Shown one piece after another: positions 24,372 to 36,849 of a stretch of 64,000 nucleotides of DNA; position 1 is the stretch's first letter; each line of letters opens with the position of its first letter. Origin of the DNA: the human T2T-CHM13v2.0 reference genome, Homo sapiens. Made by a program: the position numbers and the translations under genes. The stretch lies in assembly GCF_009914755.1 (NCBI RefSeq), contig NC_060941.1; one strand, 5' to 3'. A model generated the notes under the pieces. It made no database searches and was not told the DNA's origin. It saw nothing but the letters and a program-made list of their open reading frames with translations.

Positions 24372-24465
24372 CTGCCAACCAAGAGAAACACGGTTAAATG
24401 AGTGCGCTGGGACAGAAATCCACAGCTAATCAAGGCCCCATCCGCTCCCACCCCCTGGCCCTTAC

Positions 24466-25090
24466 CTCCTAACTCCATCTCCGACGCTAGGGAGCCTTCC
24501 ACAGCCCGAATCTCCTTTGATGTCCCCAGCAGCCGGCTAGAGGGCAGCGCCAGCATCTTTAAACCCCTCCCCCAGCTTGCAAAAGAAGACACTGAGGTCC
24601 GAAGGAATTAAGTGATTAGCCCAAGATCGGAGCAGCTATTAAAAGTGGTGAAGCAGGGCTGGAGGAGGAGCCCTCTATTCCAAGTGGAATGTTCTTTACC
24701 CCAAATTACCACGACCATTCACCCCCTCCAAACGTGTCTTTCTTGTAAGCAAAATTCATCTCCAGAAAGGCAGCTTTTTGGTGTTTTCTATGTTGGAAGT
24801 TTGGCGTTTCTTGGGTTTCAAATTTGGGGAGGCCCATAAGAAAACTAGAGGCGGATATAGGGACAGCCAGGACAGGATTCAAAGCCAGGGCAAATCCAGC
24901 CCCCTCTTCCAAGAAATGCCAACTCCTCACTTATGACGTCCCTAGCTGCATGACCCTGGCCAAGTGCCTTAGGCCCCGAGGTGCCCAGATGAAGACCTAC
25001 TGGAAAGGGAAGTTGTGAAGTGTGAATGCTTTGTGAAAGAGACTCAACAACTAAGAGAAGCTGCCAGCAGCAGGACTGCTCCACAGCCCC
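24466..25090 (-). pseudogene. Putative HOXB10 unitary pseudogene, exon 1
   Basis: Frameshifted group-10 motifs in the right order: SSPAAGSF/LVVESL (25080-25037), SCS*G/VISEE (24953-24923), NPVLAVP/YIRL*FSYG (24879-24833), SKEIRAVEGSLASEMELG, then phase-1 donor GAG|GTAAGG at 24465. Confidence 0.7.
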
Positions 25091-25997
25091 CAAACGAGGG
25101 GGGTTAGGGCCAGTCAGGCCACTCTCCTTCTTGGCCCAAATAGGGCCTCTTTGTTAAATTCTTGTGGAGCAAGGAAAGAGAGGTCTTGTTCTGGAATGAG
25201 CCCCTCAGAAACGTCCAGGGCCTAGGAAGAGCAGGATAGGAGAAACCAGGGTCCCTCTTCCCCTTCCCCTGTGGCAGAGATGCCATTTTATACTGCAGAG
25301 CCCTCTGAGAGACATTTCTGCAAAGTTATTCCTAAAACAGAGGAGCCAGAGAATCACCTGCGGAGGAGGAAGGCAACAAGAGGAGGGACGGGCTGCTGGG
25401 ACCAGGCAGCAAAGGACAGGCACCTACTATGGGGCAGACTATGATGGGGCGCCTGCTGGGGTCTACAGTCCCACAAGAGGTGCATTTCCCAGCCGGGCAG
25501 GAGCTCTTGAGGATGCCTAATTACCCAGCGCACATCTGGAGCAGCTGCACCCTCGGACACATTATTTCGCTCCAACCCCTATTTTCATTCTGGAGGCTGA
25601 GTCATAAAAGACTGTAGAGGCAGAATAAAGTCGGGTCTGTATGTGTCAGCATTCCTGTGTGTGAGTGTGTGTGTGAATATGTGCACGTCTGGGGTGACGT
25701 CTGTGCATCTCACTGTGATTGCCCAACGGATTCGCTAAAGTTAGGGAAAAAAATGGAGCAACATCAGGCGAATTCAACTGCGAACATACTGTCAGCCTCA
25801 TTATCTGCCCATTTCAAGGGAAAGCATTTGGGTCTTGGAATTAGCCAGTTAATTGCCTCACTTCTTTGTTCACTTTAGGGCAGGAGGAATTATCTGCATC
25901 CTTTTAAAGCATCTATATTTCAAAACTTTAAGATCTCCGCATTCTCAATTTTCTTTATTTCTATCTTTATAACACTTGAGCACTCAGATCTGCCTGT

Positions 25998-26044
25998 ATC
26001 TCTCTCTCTCTCTCTCACATACACACATACACACACACACACAC
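25998..26044. repeat. (CT)n(CA)n microsatellite
   Basis: tctctctc...cacatacacac. Confidence 0.9.
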
Positions 26045-26077
26045 GTGCTTCATGCTTGAAAAGTAACTCTTAGTATC

Positions 26078-26215
26078 TGCATCTGTAAAATCTGGTGTCT
26101 TAACTCTTAAAGTTGATGTAAGGATTAATTAATGTACTATGATGTACTATGTGTCTAGCATTTAGCACAATACCAGGTGCACAGGCAGCATTTAGTAAAT
26201 AGTAACTATTAATAA
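26078..26215 (+). mobile_element. MIR fragment
   Basis: catctgtaaaat...aaggattaa...ttagcacaatacc...tttagtaaatagtaactatt, typical of the MIR 3' half. Confidence 0.6.
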
Positions 26216-26789
26216 TAAGGAGGAGGACGAAGAGAAAAGAGGAGGGGGAAAGTGGTATGGGGGGTGGGGGTGAGTGGCAAGGAGGAAACCTGCTTTGTTC
26301 ACAGAGAGCCAGCCTAGGACGGAGGGTGTGTGTCTCAGCTGTATATGTATAATGTATTCTTTTGACTTAGAGCAATGTCTATAAAAGTGAGGCCCCTTGG
26401 ACCCCTTGGCCTGTAACTACCTCTTCAATAAGGTACAGAGAATTGGGGCAATTATCTGGCTCATTTCAGGTTCAAACTCCCTTTAGCCTGTAGTATCTGG
26501 ATCTCATAGGGGAAAGGTCTGAGAAGTGGTGGCTTGTATTCCTTTGGCTTTTCAAGGAGTTATTTCCCTTTGCTGTGGTGAGCACGGTCCTGCCTTAGAA
26601 AATGGGTAGACAAGAAATAGGGGGCCAGGAAGCTGGAATTAAACAAAACATCTAAGAAACGCTTGACAAAAATCAGGTCTTACCTACTTCCTGGGCAGCC
26701 AGGAGGAGGCCTTGAAGTTCTCCATACACTCGCCCCAGAGGACCACCACCCCACTAACAGAAGTCACAGCCTTTTGTCTGCTGGGGACT

Positions 26790-26860
26790 TTCATTCCACA
26801 TTCAGCAATCATTTCCTGAGCGCCTACTATGTGCCCAGCACTGGGCTGAGCTCTGGGGCT
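26790..26860 (-). mobile_element. L2 3'-end fragment
   Basis: cattcagcaatcatttcctgagcgcctactatgtgcccagcactgggctgagctctgggg. Confidence 0.65.
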
Positions 26861-28429
26861 TCAGCAGGGCTGCACCCCACCGGTTGGCAGTGCCGATGTG
26901 GCAGCCAGCAAGAGGTCTTGGCTCCTAGAAACAAGTCCAGGACACAAGAAGGAAGACAAGCCTGCTGGGCAAGAACTTCTGGCCAATAGCAGCACTGCCT
27001 TTTCAGGGCCAAGTCCTAGTGCAGGGGCGGAGCCAGAAGGTCGGGAGCACCCCCTTCTAATTGTCTATCAGAAAAAGGCCAACTCCATGGTGCAGATGGC
27101 CCAGTGCAGGGAGGGGTGGGGCAGGCAAAGAGATGGCTAGAGGCTCCTGACCCTCAGTTGGAAGTTTCTGAGAACACCAATTAGCTTTCTTTAATTAGTA
27201 AAGTAGGGAGCAAATGAGCATATATTTCTTCTGCTCTGATTAAAAGCATTTAGGTCAGGTTTTCACAGCCAAGATTATCCAGTTTAAGCTGTCCCAAGAA
27301 GAGAATTGTTTATTTTTTTCTTTGTATTTTCAGGCAGGGGTCTGAATACTATTAGCCAACCATTGGCTTCTTGTCACAGCCTCGAACTGCTGGGCAGGTG
27401 GGTGGTGGTTGTGCAGCACAGAGAGGGGCAACTAGAAATGAGTTGGAGTCTTTCCTGTGCCAAGTCACATTTGTTTGAAATGTATAGACAATTGAGGAGC
27501 AGCCAGGAGGGCTTGGGTTTGGAGTGTAAGTATGTATGGAGGGGGAGGGTACAATTAGCCAGATAATTTCCAGTTCTCCTAATTTGTCTTAACATAGTCC
27601 TTGAAAAAGGAAGTTTCTTTTTACTTCCCAGACCCCAAAGAAGCCTGATTTTTCTCCTGGGAGATCTAGCTTGGTCAATTCACACATGTGGGGAGATGGC
27701 CAGGAAACTTAATAGGCCGGGAAAGAAGAGCTAAGTCCTTCTTTACACTCTGTGTCTAAACAGGCCACAACACAAGAGGCTGGGCGTAATTAGGAGGTCC
27801 CCCAGGATAGTCAGGGGTCACATGCTGTTTATCTCTTACAAACAAGATTACTAAAATATTAGGGAGCAAATCCTTCCCCTTTAAGTTCAGCATTTGGTAT
27901 TCCCCAGCCTCTAACCTTGGCTAAATCAGCCCCAAGTAGAGCTGGGTCCCTGAGGAAATGGAATAAGTGAGTCAATAAGGGACACAAAGGAACATTCTAT
28001 TGCCCAGTCCCCATTTGCTTGACTTATAGGCAGCTTTAGTTAGGAGGCTGTTTCCAGATAGTCTTCCCTTCCAGGAGTTCTGGTATGGTTTTTAGTCCCT
28101 GGGAAGCTGCTTAAGCCTGATTTCCTTCCATTGCTGGTCCAACTGCTGGCCAGTCTAAGATCAGCTTTCCCCAGCAAAGCTCTTCCCACGTTCTCAGGCT
28201 CCCAGCTGCTGGGAAGGAAAGACTGACTCCCACTGGGAGCCCAGACCCTACAGGTAATGGTGGGGAGAGGACACTGCCACCGGAGTGTTTTTACAGGTGA
28301 AGGCTGGCCTGGCAAAATGGAGATGTCAGCCAAGAGAAAGGGTGAAGACCTACGTAAACTGACTATATTTGGCCTCGGCATTTCCCAGACACCAGCTCCT
28401 TTGATCTATCCAAATTGTAGTTGTTAACT

Positions 28430-28580
28430 TGGTGTCTGAGGAGTCTGAAACTCTCTGAAATTGTGGGATTTGGTGAGTACTACATACGCACATTTTTTTT
28501 CTGGGTAGAGGGGAATCAATATTGTTCATCAAAATTTAAATTATCATATCAGGGAGTGGCCCCAAAATGTTAAGAACCTC
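28430..28580. mobile_element. Old hAT-Charlie-type DNA transposon remnant
   Basis: ttttctgggtagagggg...ccccaaaatgttaagaacc terminal motif typical of MER/Charlie elements. Confidence 0.45.
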
Positions 28581-29249
28581 TCATCCACCATTCTTACACA
28601 ACCAACCAAAAATGTAATGCAGAGGGAGGCATTGTAATATACTTGGGGATCTGACAAGACAAATTAAAAGGACAAACAATTTATTGTTCCACAAGGTTGA
28701 ACAGATACTGTCACCTGGACTTCTTGGAACACCAGGAACCAGGTCACAGGTGCTGGGGACTCTTAGACTGAGACCAGTCAGGCCACAACACCCAATCACT
28801 ACCTCCTCCATATTTGCCTGTGCAGACAAGGAGTATGCAAGGTCTCTGTGTCTCTAATTAAATTAATATGGAGCTTTTATCCACTGGGGCCTGGACCTTC
28901 CGCCATTTGTCACCTTGTCCAAAGCTATCTCATACCGAAAGAGAATTGAACGTTTCAGGAAACTTCCCCTTTGCAAATGCCCTTCTCTTGGGGAATGGGT
29001 ATAGTGTCCAAATCTCCAGCTCCCACCATTTCTAGCCAGCCCTGAGGAATTGTCTGAGACCCGGGAGCCCAGAGATCATCAGCGGGGGCCAACAGCCATG
29101 ACCTTTGAGTTTTCTTGGCCGCTGGGCCACAAAAAGGGTGCAAGAGGCAGCTGGACAGGTAGACAGAAGTAGGCACAAAGAAAGGGGCCCTGGACGGTTG
29201 CCAGAGAAAAGACGGAGAATGACAAAGAGAGAAGTGAAATAGCTGGACT

Positions 29250-30680
29250 GGAGGCGGGAACTGGAGCGCAGCAGGCAGGTGGAGTGGCCAAAACCCGCGT
29301 GCTAAGAAGAGCCCACAGGGGCGGCAGGGGCGGCAGGGGCGGCAGAGGCGGCCAGGCGCGTCTCCGTTCCCCATCTTTACGGGGAGGTTAATGACCTCCT
29401 CAGCGCCCCCTCGTCCCAAACCACCCAATTACAACTCCTCAGGCTCCTTAATGATCTGATTAATTGGTTGGTTAGGGCGGATGGAGGTGCTTCTCTGCCG
29501 GGGACCTGGCGGGGTTTCGCTAGATCATTTGTTAATTGTGGGAAGGAAGGACGCATCCGGGGAGAGGAGATCCAGGGCTGGAAAAGTGGGTGAGCGGCGC
29601 TGGCGCAGGCGGCCAGGAGAGAGCAGATGAACTGTTCGTTAGGAGCAGCGAGGTAGTCGTGAGCGCTGAGATCCAGAGACTAGGACCCACTCCCTCTCTG
29701 AGCAGCAAATTGGGAAGAAGATGCTCACTCGGTAAGGGCGAGGGAGCCCGGCATGGCGCCCCACCACGGGCTCGGTCTATCTGCGCGCCAAGATCCCGCT
29801 TGGGGCGAGGCGTTGGGTCAGCGTTTAGAGCCACTCCCTGCGCTGGTGGCTGGACATAGCCTCCCTATCCCACCTCATCTTCCCCCATCCCCGACAGAGG
29901 AGGTTGTGAATCTACAGGCCCTTGACGTTGAGGCGTCGGAGGGCGCACCTTTGTAATTGCGGCCTCCCTTCGCCCCTTAAGTGCCGCTTCTGGGCGCCTA
30001 GGCTGGATATGAAAGCCCCGTTCCTAATCCTCTGCTCTGGTCCCCTCCTCTGGACTGCTGGGACTCTAAGCTAGGCCCTCCCCAGGTTCCATCACTGCGG
30101 CGCCAACCCGCGGCTGGGCTGTCCGCAAGAGGGAGTTGAAGGCGCGCGGAATCCCGAGGTGCAGCTGACCCTCCTCTCAACGCCGACTCTGCCGCTCCCG
30201 CCCGGCCACCTCCCTGTCGGGCAGACTTCCTGTTCTCCTGCTCACAGCAGGGAGGCAGTCGCCGAGCCGGTCAGCAGCGTGCACGGAGATCTTCACTCTG
30301 CGCCCAGCCCCGGGACACAGGTGCAGATCTCCAGCGGAGCACTGCGGAGTGCGCGCCGTCGAGCACTAGGGAATCCTAGACGGAGGACTTGGTCCATTCC
30401 ACGCAGTCCCAAGCAGGTCCGCAGCGGAGGGACGCAGCGGTCTCCAACTCCTGGTCACGACTTCGGCGACCCTCCACCCCCTGAGAGACCTGGTCCCACG
30501 GAGCTGTCCCCCCAGGAGCCGCAGCGGGAATAGCAAAGCAAAGGGGACCACTCAGCCCCCAGGAGGAGCCCTGAAGCAAAAAGGTTGCTGCGGGGAGCCA
30601 CGTTCCCTCTGGTTCACCTCGAAGCCCAGGAGCTCCGGTCCCTGGACCAAGGAGTGAACAGACCTGAGGAAGAGGTAAGA
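29250..30680. promoter_or_regulatory. Intergenic CpG-rich island; candidate lncRNA promoter/first exon (plus-strand donor GAG|GTAAGA at 30675)
   Basis: Elevated CpG density, TAAT-rich homeodomain motif cluster 29388-29540, strong donor site. Confidence 0.45.
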
Positions 30681-33600
30681 GGAGGTTTAACGAGTAAAAA
30701 TTTGGACTCTCTCCTCTTATACTGCTTTAAAGCATGAGGAATTTGGGCCCTGACTTCTCTCTCCTTGAAGAAGTTTCTCGCGTTCTGGCCAGTCCTTGCG
30801 TGTCTGCACCCAGGGCCGGCAACAATTTAAGGAGGAACTTTACTGGGTGGTCGAGGCTTGAGAGTTCATAGTTACCTTTTAAAAAAATCATTACTATTAC
30901 TTAATATCTAGGTTATTTTGGACTGAGCCCCCATCTTCGCTCCAGCCCAAATTCGGCCTTTAACAGTACTAGGGAGTGCTTCAAAAGAGGAGGGTCGTGG
31001 AGGAAGCGACTCAGACGGCCCCAAGAGGAGAGATGGGAAGGAGTGAGGGCTTTGGCCTTAATGATCTCTGCAAGTTAAAGGCCATTATTCCTATAACTAC
31101 AGCTGGGGAAAGGGCAGAGGAGGTAAGGACGGAAAGTGGGCTGAGGGTGGCCACTTTGGCATCTTCTTGAGAAAGGAGACATTTGAATTCCCGGCCCAAC
31201 TAAAAGCCCTGAGATGCTTGCCCTTTGCTTTACAGACAGTGATGGCAAAGAAATACTGCCACCAGGGTGTTTTTAAAGGTGAAGGTTGACCTGATAAGCA
31301 CTGAGATCAGACAAAGGAAAAAAAAAGTAAAGCATTTGGTCTTTCAGTTTTCTGGCTAAATCTGGCATCATTTTCCAGACACAAACTTCTCTGATTAATC
31401 CAAATAGCTCTCAACCTGAAGTTCAAGGAATTTGAAATCCTCTGAAATTGTGGGATTTCACAGTTCTAAAAGGAAGTCAGCTGTCACTTTCTGAGAAGCC
31501 CTGGGAGGGGAAGGAAGCAAGAGGAGGTATATGAGGAAAGGGGGTGAGAGGCCCCAGATCTAGCTCTCTAGACATTTAGTGCTGGACCCCCAAGCTCTGA
31601 AACTCAAGCTGACCCCATCTACACATTGCCAAACTGAGTAGAAAGTTGCAAGGCAGTCAAGGAGATAAATTTTATTTACTGCTTTAAGGATGAGTTTGGG
31701 TGTCTAAGCAGATTATAAATCTGGGTGTTTTCAGTATTTGTTTCTTTCTTTCAACTATTACTGATTTTTGGCCCAGAGTAGTTTCTGGGGCCCTTGGGGC
31801 AGTTAGGCAAGAGAGGGACTCAGACCTCCAGTCCCTTGATCTTGCCTTTACTTGGTGAAGAGCCCAAGATTCTCTACTGGCAGGCAAGGTCAGAACCAAG
31901 TTGGCCCTAGGCCTTGCCCCAACCCCCCAGCCCTCAGGACTCCTTTCTCTGAGACCAGGCCTCTGGCCAAACTGCAGACTCCCTCCACACCCGGTCACTG
32001 GAATAATGATGGCATTTTTGATTTCTCCCATTTTTGAAAACTATAGAAGCCCCAAGGAGGAAGGAGGTACCACTGGATCTTGGGGTGCTGGTGGGGGATT
32101 CTGGAATCAAATATCCTCTAAGCCTGTGAGGACAAGGTCTACTAGGATGACTTGGTGTCAATTACAGCTCTGAGTGCTGCCTGGATAGGTCAAATATTCC
32201 CTCCTTTCCCTCCTCATTCCTTCCGTTCAAGCCCAGAAAATTCACAGATTTTCTGTGTGGAGAGAGAGAAAAAAAATGGGCAAAACCTGGGAGTAAAAGG
32301 GAGATGAGGGAGAAGAAAATGAGGGAGAGAAACCAATAGACTAAAACAATGAAACTCTCTAACCCAACAGCACTTTAAGCTTGACTTTTAATCTGGCCAG
32401 AAAAAAAAAGAAGTTGGAGGCAGGGTGGGTGGGATGTGAAGTTCCCAGCCCAACAGATCCTCCTGTTGTCACGGGCTCTGTGCGTTCCCAGCTGGTGAGA
32501 ACCCTGTCTGTCCTGGGGGTGGGAGGGATGTCCTGGGTCTTTCAAGTTGCAGTGTGGGGAGTGAGGCTCTTTCTAAGGGTCTCTGAGGTCTCCCACAACA
32601 CCTTGCTTGGACTAGCAAAACCTTTCTTTGCATTTCCTCTGGGGCACTGTGTATGTGTATCCCTGTGTAGGGTGGTGTTCTAAACCACCGCAGAAGGTGA
32701 GCAATTCTCCTCCCAGCGAGCCAAAGGCTATATGTTTGGGGTGGAGGAGGCTTCATCCCTTCTGGACTGGAGAAATGGGGACTTGGAGCCAAGTGCGCCA
32801 GACTTTAGGGAAAGAGAGGAGCTCCAGCTCCAAAAGGGATTTGGAGGGAAGATCCTATCAGGAAAGGCCCCCCAGACTTGCTTCCTCAAAGGGTTAGGGA
32901 AGTGCACTGAGAAAAGAGAACTTTCACTTAACTCTTCTCCATTAGGCATCTTTGTGCTTCCATTTGTACTGGAAAGCACAGTCCTGGGCAGTCAGTTGCA
33001 CATTCCGCCTCTGGTATGTGGACTATGTGAAATATACCATGCAATGTTCTACTTTGCGAGGGGGGAGGCATATAGATGAAAATATGAATTTCCCTTCTAC
33101 TGCCTTTATTATTGAGCACAGTTGGGAGCACATAATTTCACATCTCTTTCGCATGTCTGTATAAATCCTCAATCTTTAAACGGTGCTTGACTACTCCGAG
33201 AGGCACAGTTGCTGTCATATAAGATTCCTAGCCGACTCCGGCGAGTTACTAATTCCTCTCAGACTCCACAATACCCACGATGCACGATGCACACCCCTTT
33301 ATGCTTGCTTTTCTTTACATGCCTTTTCAAAGGCGAATAATTTTTGTATTGACCCATGAGTCAGTCCATACAGTTTGAAATCCTTTGGATGCCCTCTGCC
33401 CACTCCCATAAACAACAGGTCCCTCCACAAAAATGCACATGCCCCGTTTTTGTGAGTGTGGGTTTCAAATAAGATGGCGTCTCCTGGCATTCCTTAGATT
33501 CAGATACACGCTCTCTCAGGCAGGAGGCTGCTCACAGTCCAGAGGGGAAGAAAACCTATGAGGCCCCCAAAAGCCAAAGCAAGAGACTCCCCCAAGTATT

Positions 33601-33779
33601 CTGCCCCCTCCACGCCAGGAGGCAGCTAGAGAGACAGCGCGCGGGAGAGCTGATTCTGCACCTTGGGGAGCTGGGGGCTTCTGTCTAGACCAAGAGTTCC
33701 AGGCCAATTCCTAATTTCCGTTAGGAAAAGTGGCCCTTCTTCCATCCCAAGCGATTCCTCACCCCCAAGGCTGCTCAGG

Positions 33780-34727
33780 GCGTCTGGCCCTTGCCTCTCT
33801 CACGGCATCCGCCTGGAATCCGGGGTTGTGAGCAGGAGGCCCAGGACGCAGGGCCTCAGGCTGGGCGGGGCACTGAGCACTCGGCTCTGGGGAGCCAGGG
33901 TTTCCGGTAGAACGAGGGGAGGCGACCCCCTTTCCCCACACACACACCTGTTGGAGAGGTAGGGTCGGGTGCGAGCGGACAGGGAGGCCAAGGCGTTTTC
34001 GGGTGCGCCCCGAGGCCCTACCCGGGAAGCTGCCTCGGTCTGGAGATCAAGGTTAAGCCGGTGGCCCCGGGAAGCCCACGCCTGCCACGGGCGGTTGGTC
34101 CTGAAAGCTCGGGCCACGGGGCTGCCCAGCTTGGAGAGGGGCCTTTCACGCCGCAGTCCCCAGCTGCGAGAGGAAGGGCTGCGCCCGCCTCCTCACCTAC
34201 CTCTCGGAACCACGCCGTCCCCCGCGCGTCTTCGTAGACTGCAGGAGTCCAGGGCGTCTGGGGACTGTGACGGCGCCCAAGGCGGGGGATGTGGCGGCTC
34301 TGGGTCGCCGCCTTCTGCCCCCGCCTCTGTGAGGCCTCTCGAGGCAGTGTCTGTGTCTGGGGCAGCGACGCCGACGGCGCTGGGGGCGCGAAGGGGCTCA
34401 CGCTCCTGCGTTCCCCTGGCGCCGGTGAGTGGCGGGCGAGGACAGGGTCCGGGAGGGGGATAGGCGAGAGCGCTTCCTGCCTCCGCCCGGGCGGGGCTCG
34501 GCCGTCTCACCTGCCCCCACCCACGGCGCCGTCGGATCCCAGAGCGGCTGGTGAGGAGATGGGCCTGGCGCGCCGCGGGGAGGCCAGAGGCGCGGAGGAG
34601 CAGCGCCCAGATGGCCGGAGAGAGCAGAGAGAGAGAGAAGAGAGAGAGAAGAGAGAGAGAGAGAGAAGAGAGAGAGAGGGAGAGAGGCAGAGAGGGAGAG
34701 AGGGAGGGAGAGAGGGAGGGAGGGAGG

Positions 34728-34765
<38 letters not shown>

Positions 34766-35150
34766 GAATATGAGAATATAAAAGGCAAGAGAGAAGCAGA
34801 TCCAAGGGCGCGCCCAGAGAAACATCAAATGCACAAATAGACAAAAGAGGTAGAGGAGAAAGCTGAGTCCCAGGGGCTGAAAGAAGCCATGGGCGTCTGA
34901 AGCGAGCGACAAGTTATCCTTGGGAGTTGGAAATGTGAGAGGGAGGGGCGAGGCCGAAGGAGGCTGAGAAGGGGAGGGGGCGCTCACACCCTGGGCGGGA
35001 GGCGACTGATCCACACTTAGGGCTCCGAATCCGGAGAAAGAGAGCGCCGGACCCTCCTCCGCCCACCTCCCGCCCCAGCCGCAGCCCAGCGACTTCCCGC
35101 CATCCTCGGCCACCGAGCGGCTCCTGCCTGGGGTTGTTCCACCGGGATGG
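33780..35150. promoter_or_regulatory. Distal CpG island with (GA)n tract, at the edge of the repeat-poor Hox domain
   Basis: CpG-rich, (GA)n/(GGGA)n 34620-34759, TATAAAA 34777-34783 (+), donors on both strands (+34425 GTGAGT; -34510 CAG|GTGAG). Confidence 0.7.
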
Positions 35151-35878
35151 CTGCACCAGGCTGAAGGTTGTCCCTCTACCTGCCTCCTTTCTTCTGTTCC
35201 CTGTGCCTTACATGGGTTCCTCCCTATTCTATGAACCCAGAGGGAACGACCTTGGCCAAGGTTAGAGAAGGAGCTTGAAAGTTTCACTTTCCATCTTAGC
35301 CCTCAGGACGCCTTTGCGTTTTGGCCCTTCGTTAGCGTGCTATCCTGGAATTGCAGGCTCTTCTCTTTATTTCTGAGACCCAAATAGAGGTTTAACCTCC
35401 TTAAAATCAGTGAAACTACGACAAACAGTGGCATTCCTGGCTGTCTGGTCTCTAAGGAGTGCCCCCCCTCCCTGACCTCAGCCCTGAGACCCTGCTTCCT
35501 CCTCAACCTGCATGGGACTGGGGACACCCCCTCACAATCCAGTCCCTTCCTGCAGGTGGTTGTCCAGGGGGCATGTAGAGGTGTGCCTGAGCTCTGTGTC
35601 CTAAGCCTGGCTCTGCCACTGACTTCAGCCCCCACCCCTTCTCCTTTTAGGCCTCAGTTTTTCCTCTGTAAAATGGGCAGAGTGATTTTACAAGTGATTT
35701 TACCAAGTGAGAACTGTTGAAATATCTTACTATAATTGTGGATTTGTCCATTTCTCCTTTCAATTCTATCATTTTCGGTGCTTCATATATTTTTGAAGCT
35801 CTGTTATTAGGTGTGTACATTTAAGGTTGATGTGTCTTCCTAGGTGTGTACCACATTTAGATTTAGGATTGATGTGTC

Positions 35879-36849
<971 letters not shown>

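Noticed and set aside
24530-24549. CTCF-like CGGCTAGAGGGCAGC inside the relic exon 1
   Set aside because: Mismatch at the near-invariant C of the core; not called without ChIP data.
29140-29172. TSVYLSSC resembles the HOX11 N-terminal (S/N)MYLPSC motif: possible HOXB11 relic
   Set aside because: A single short motif. I found no other group-11 motifs or homeobox remnant between 25.3 and 29 kb, and HoxB11 loss is far older, so chance is likely.
28453-31458. 19-nt exact repeat ctctgaaattgtgggattt at 28453 and 31440
   Set aside because: Probably two fragments of the same old DNA-transposon family, or chance; no further structure.
34193-35287. 364-aa minus-strand ORF
   Set aside because: Runs through a CpG island and a (CT)n tract (SLSLSL); low complexity, no domain.
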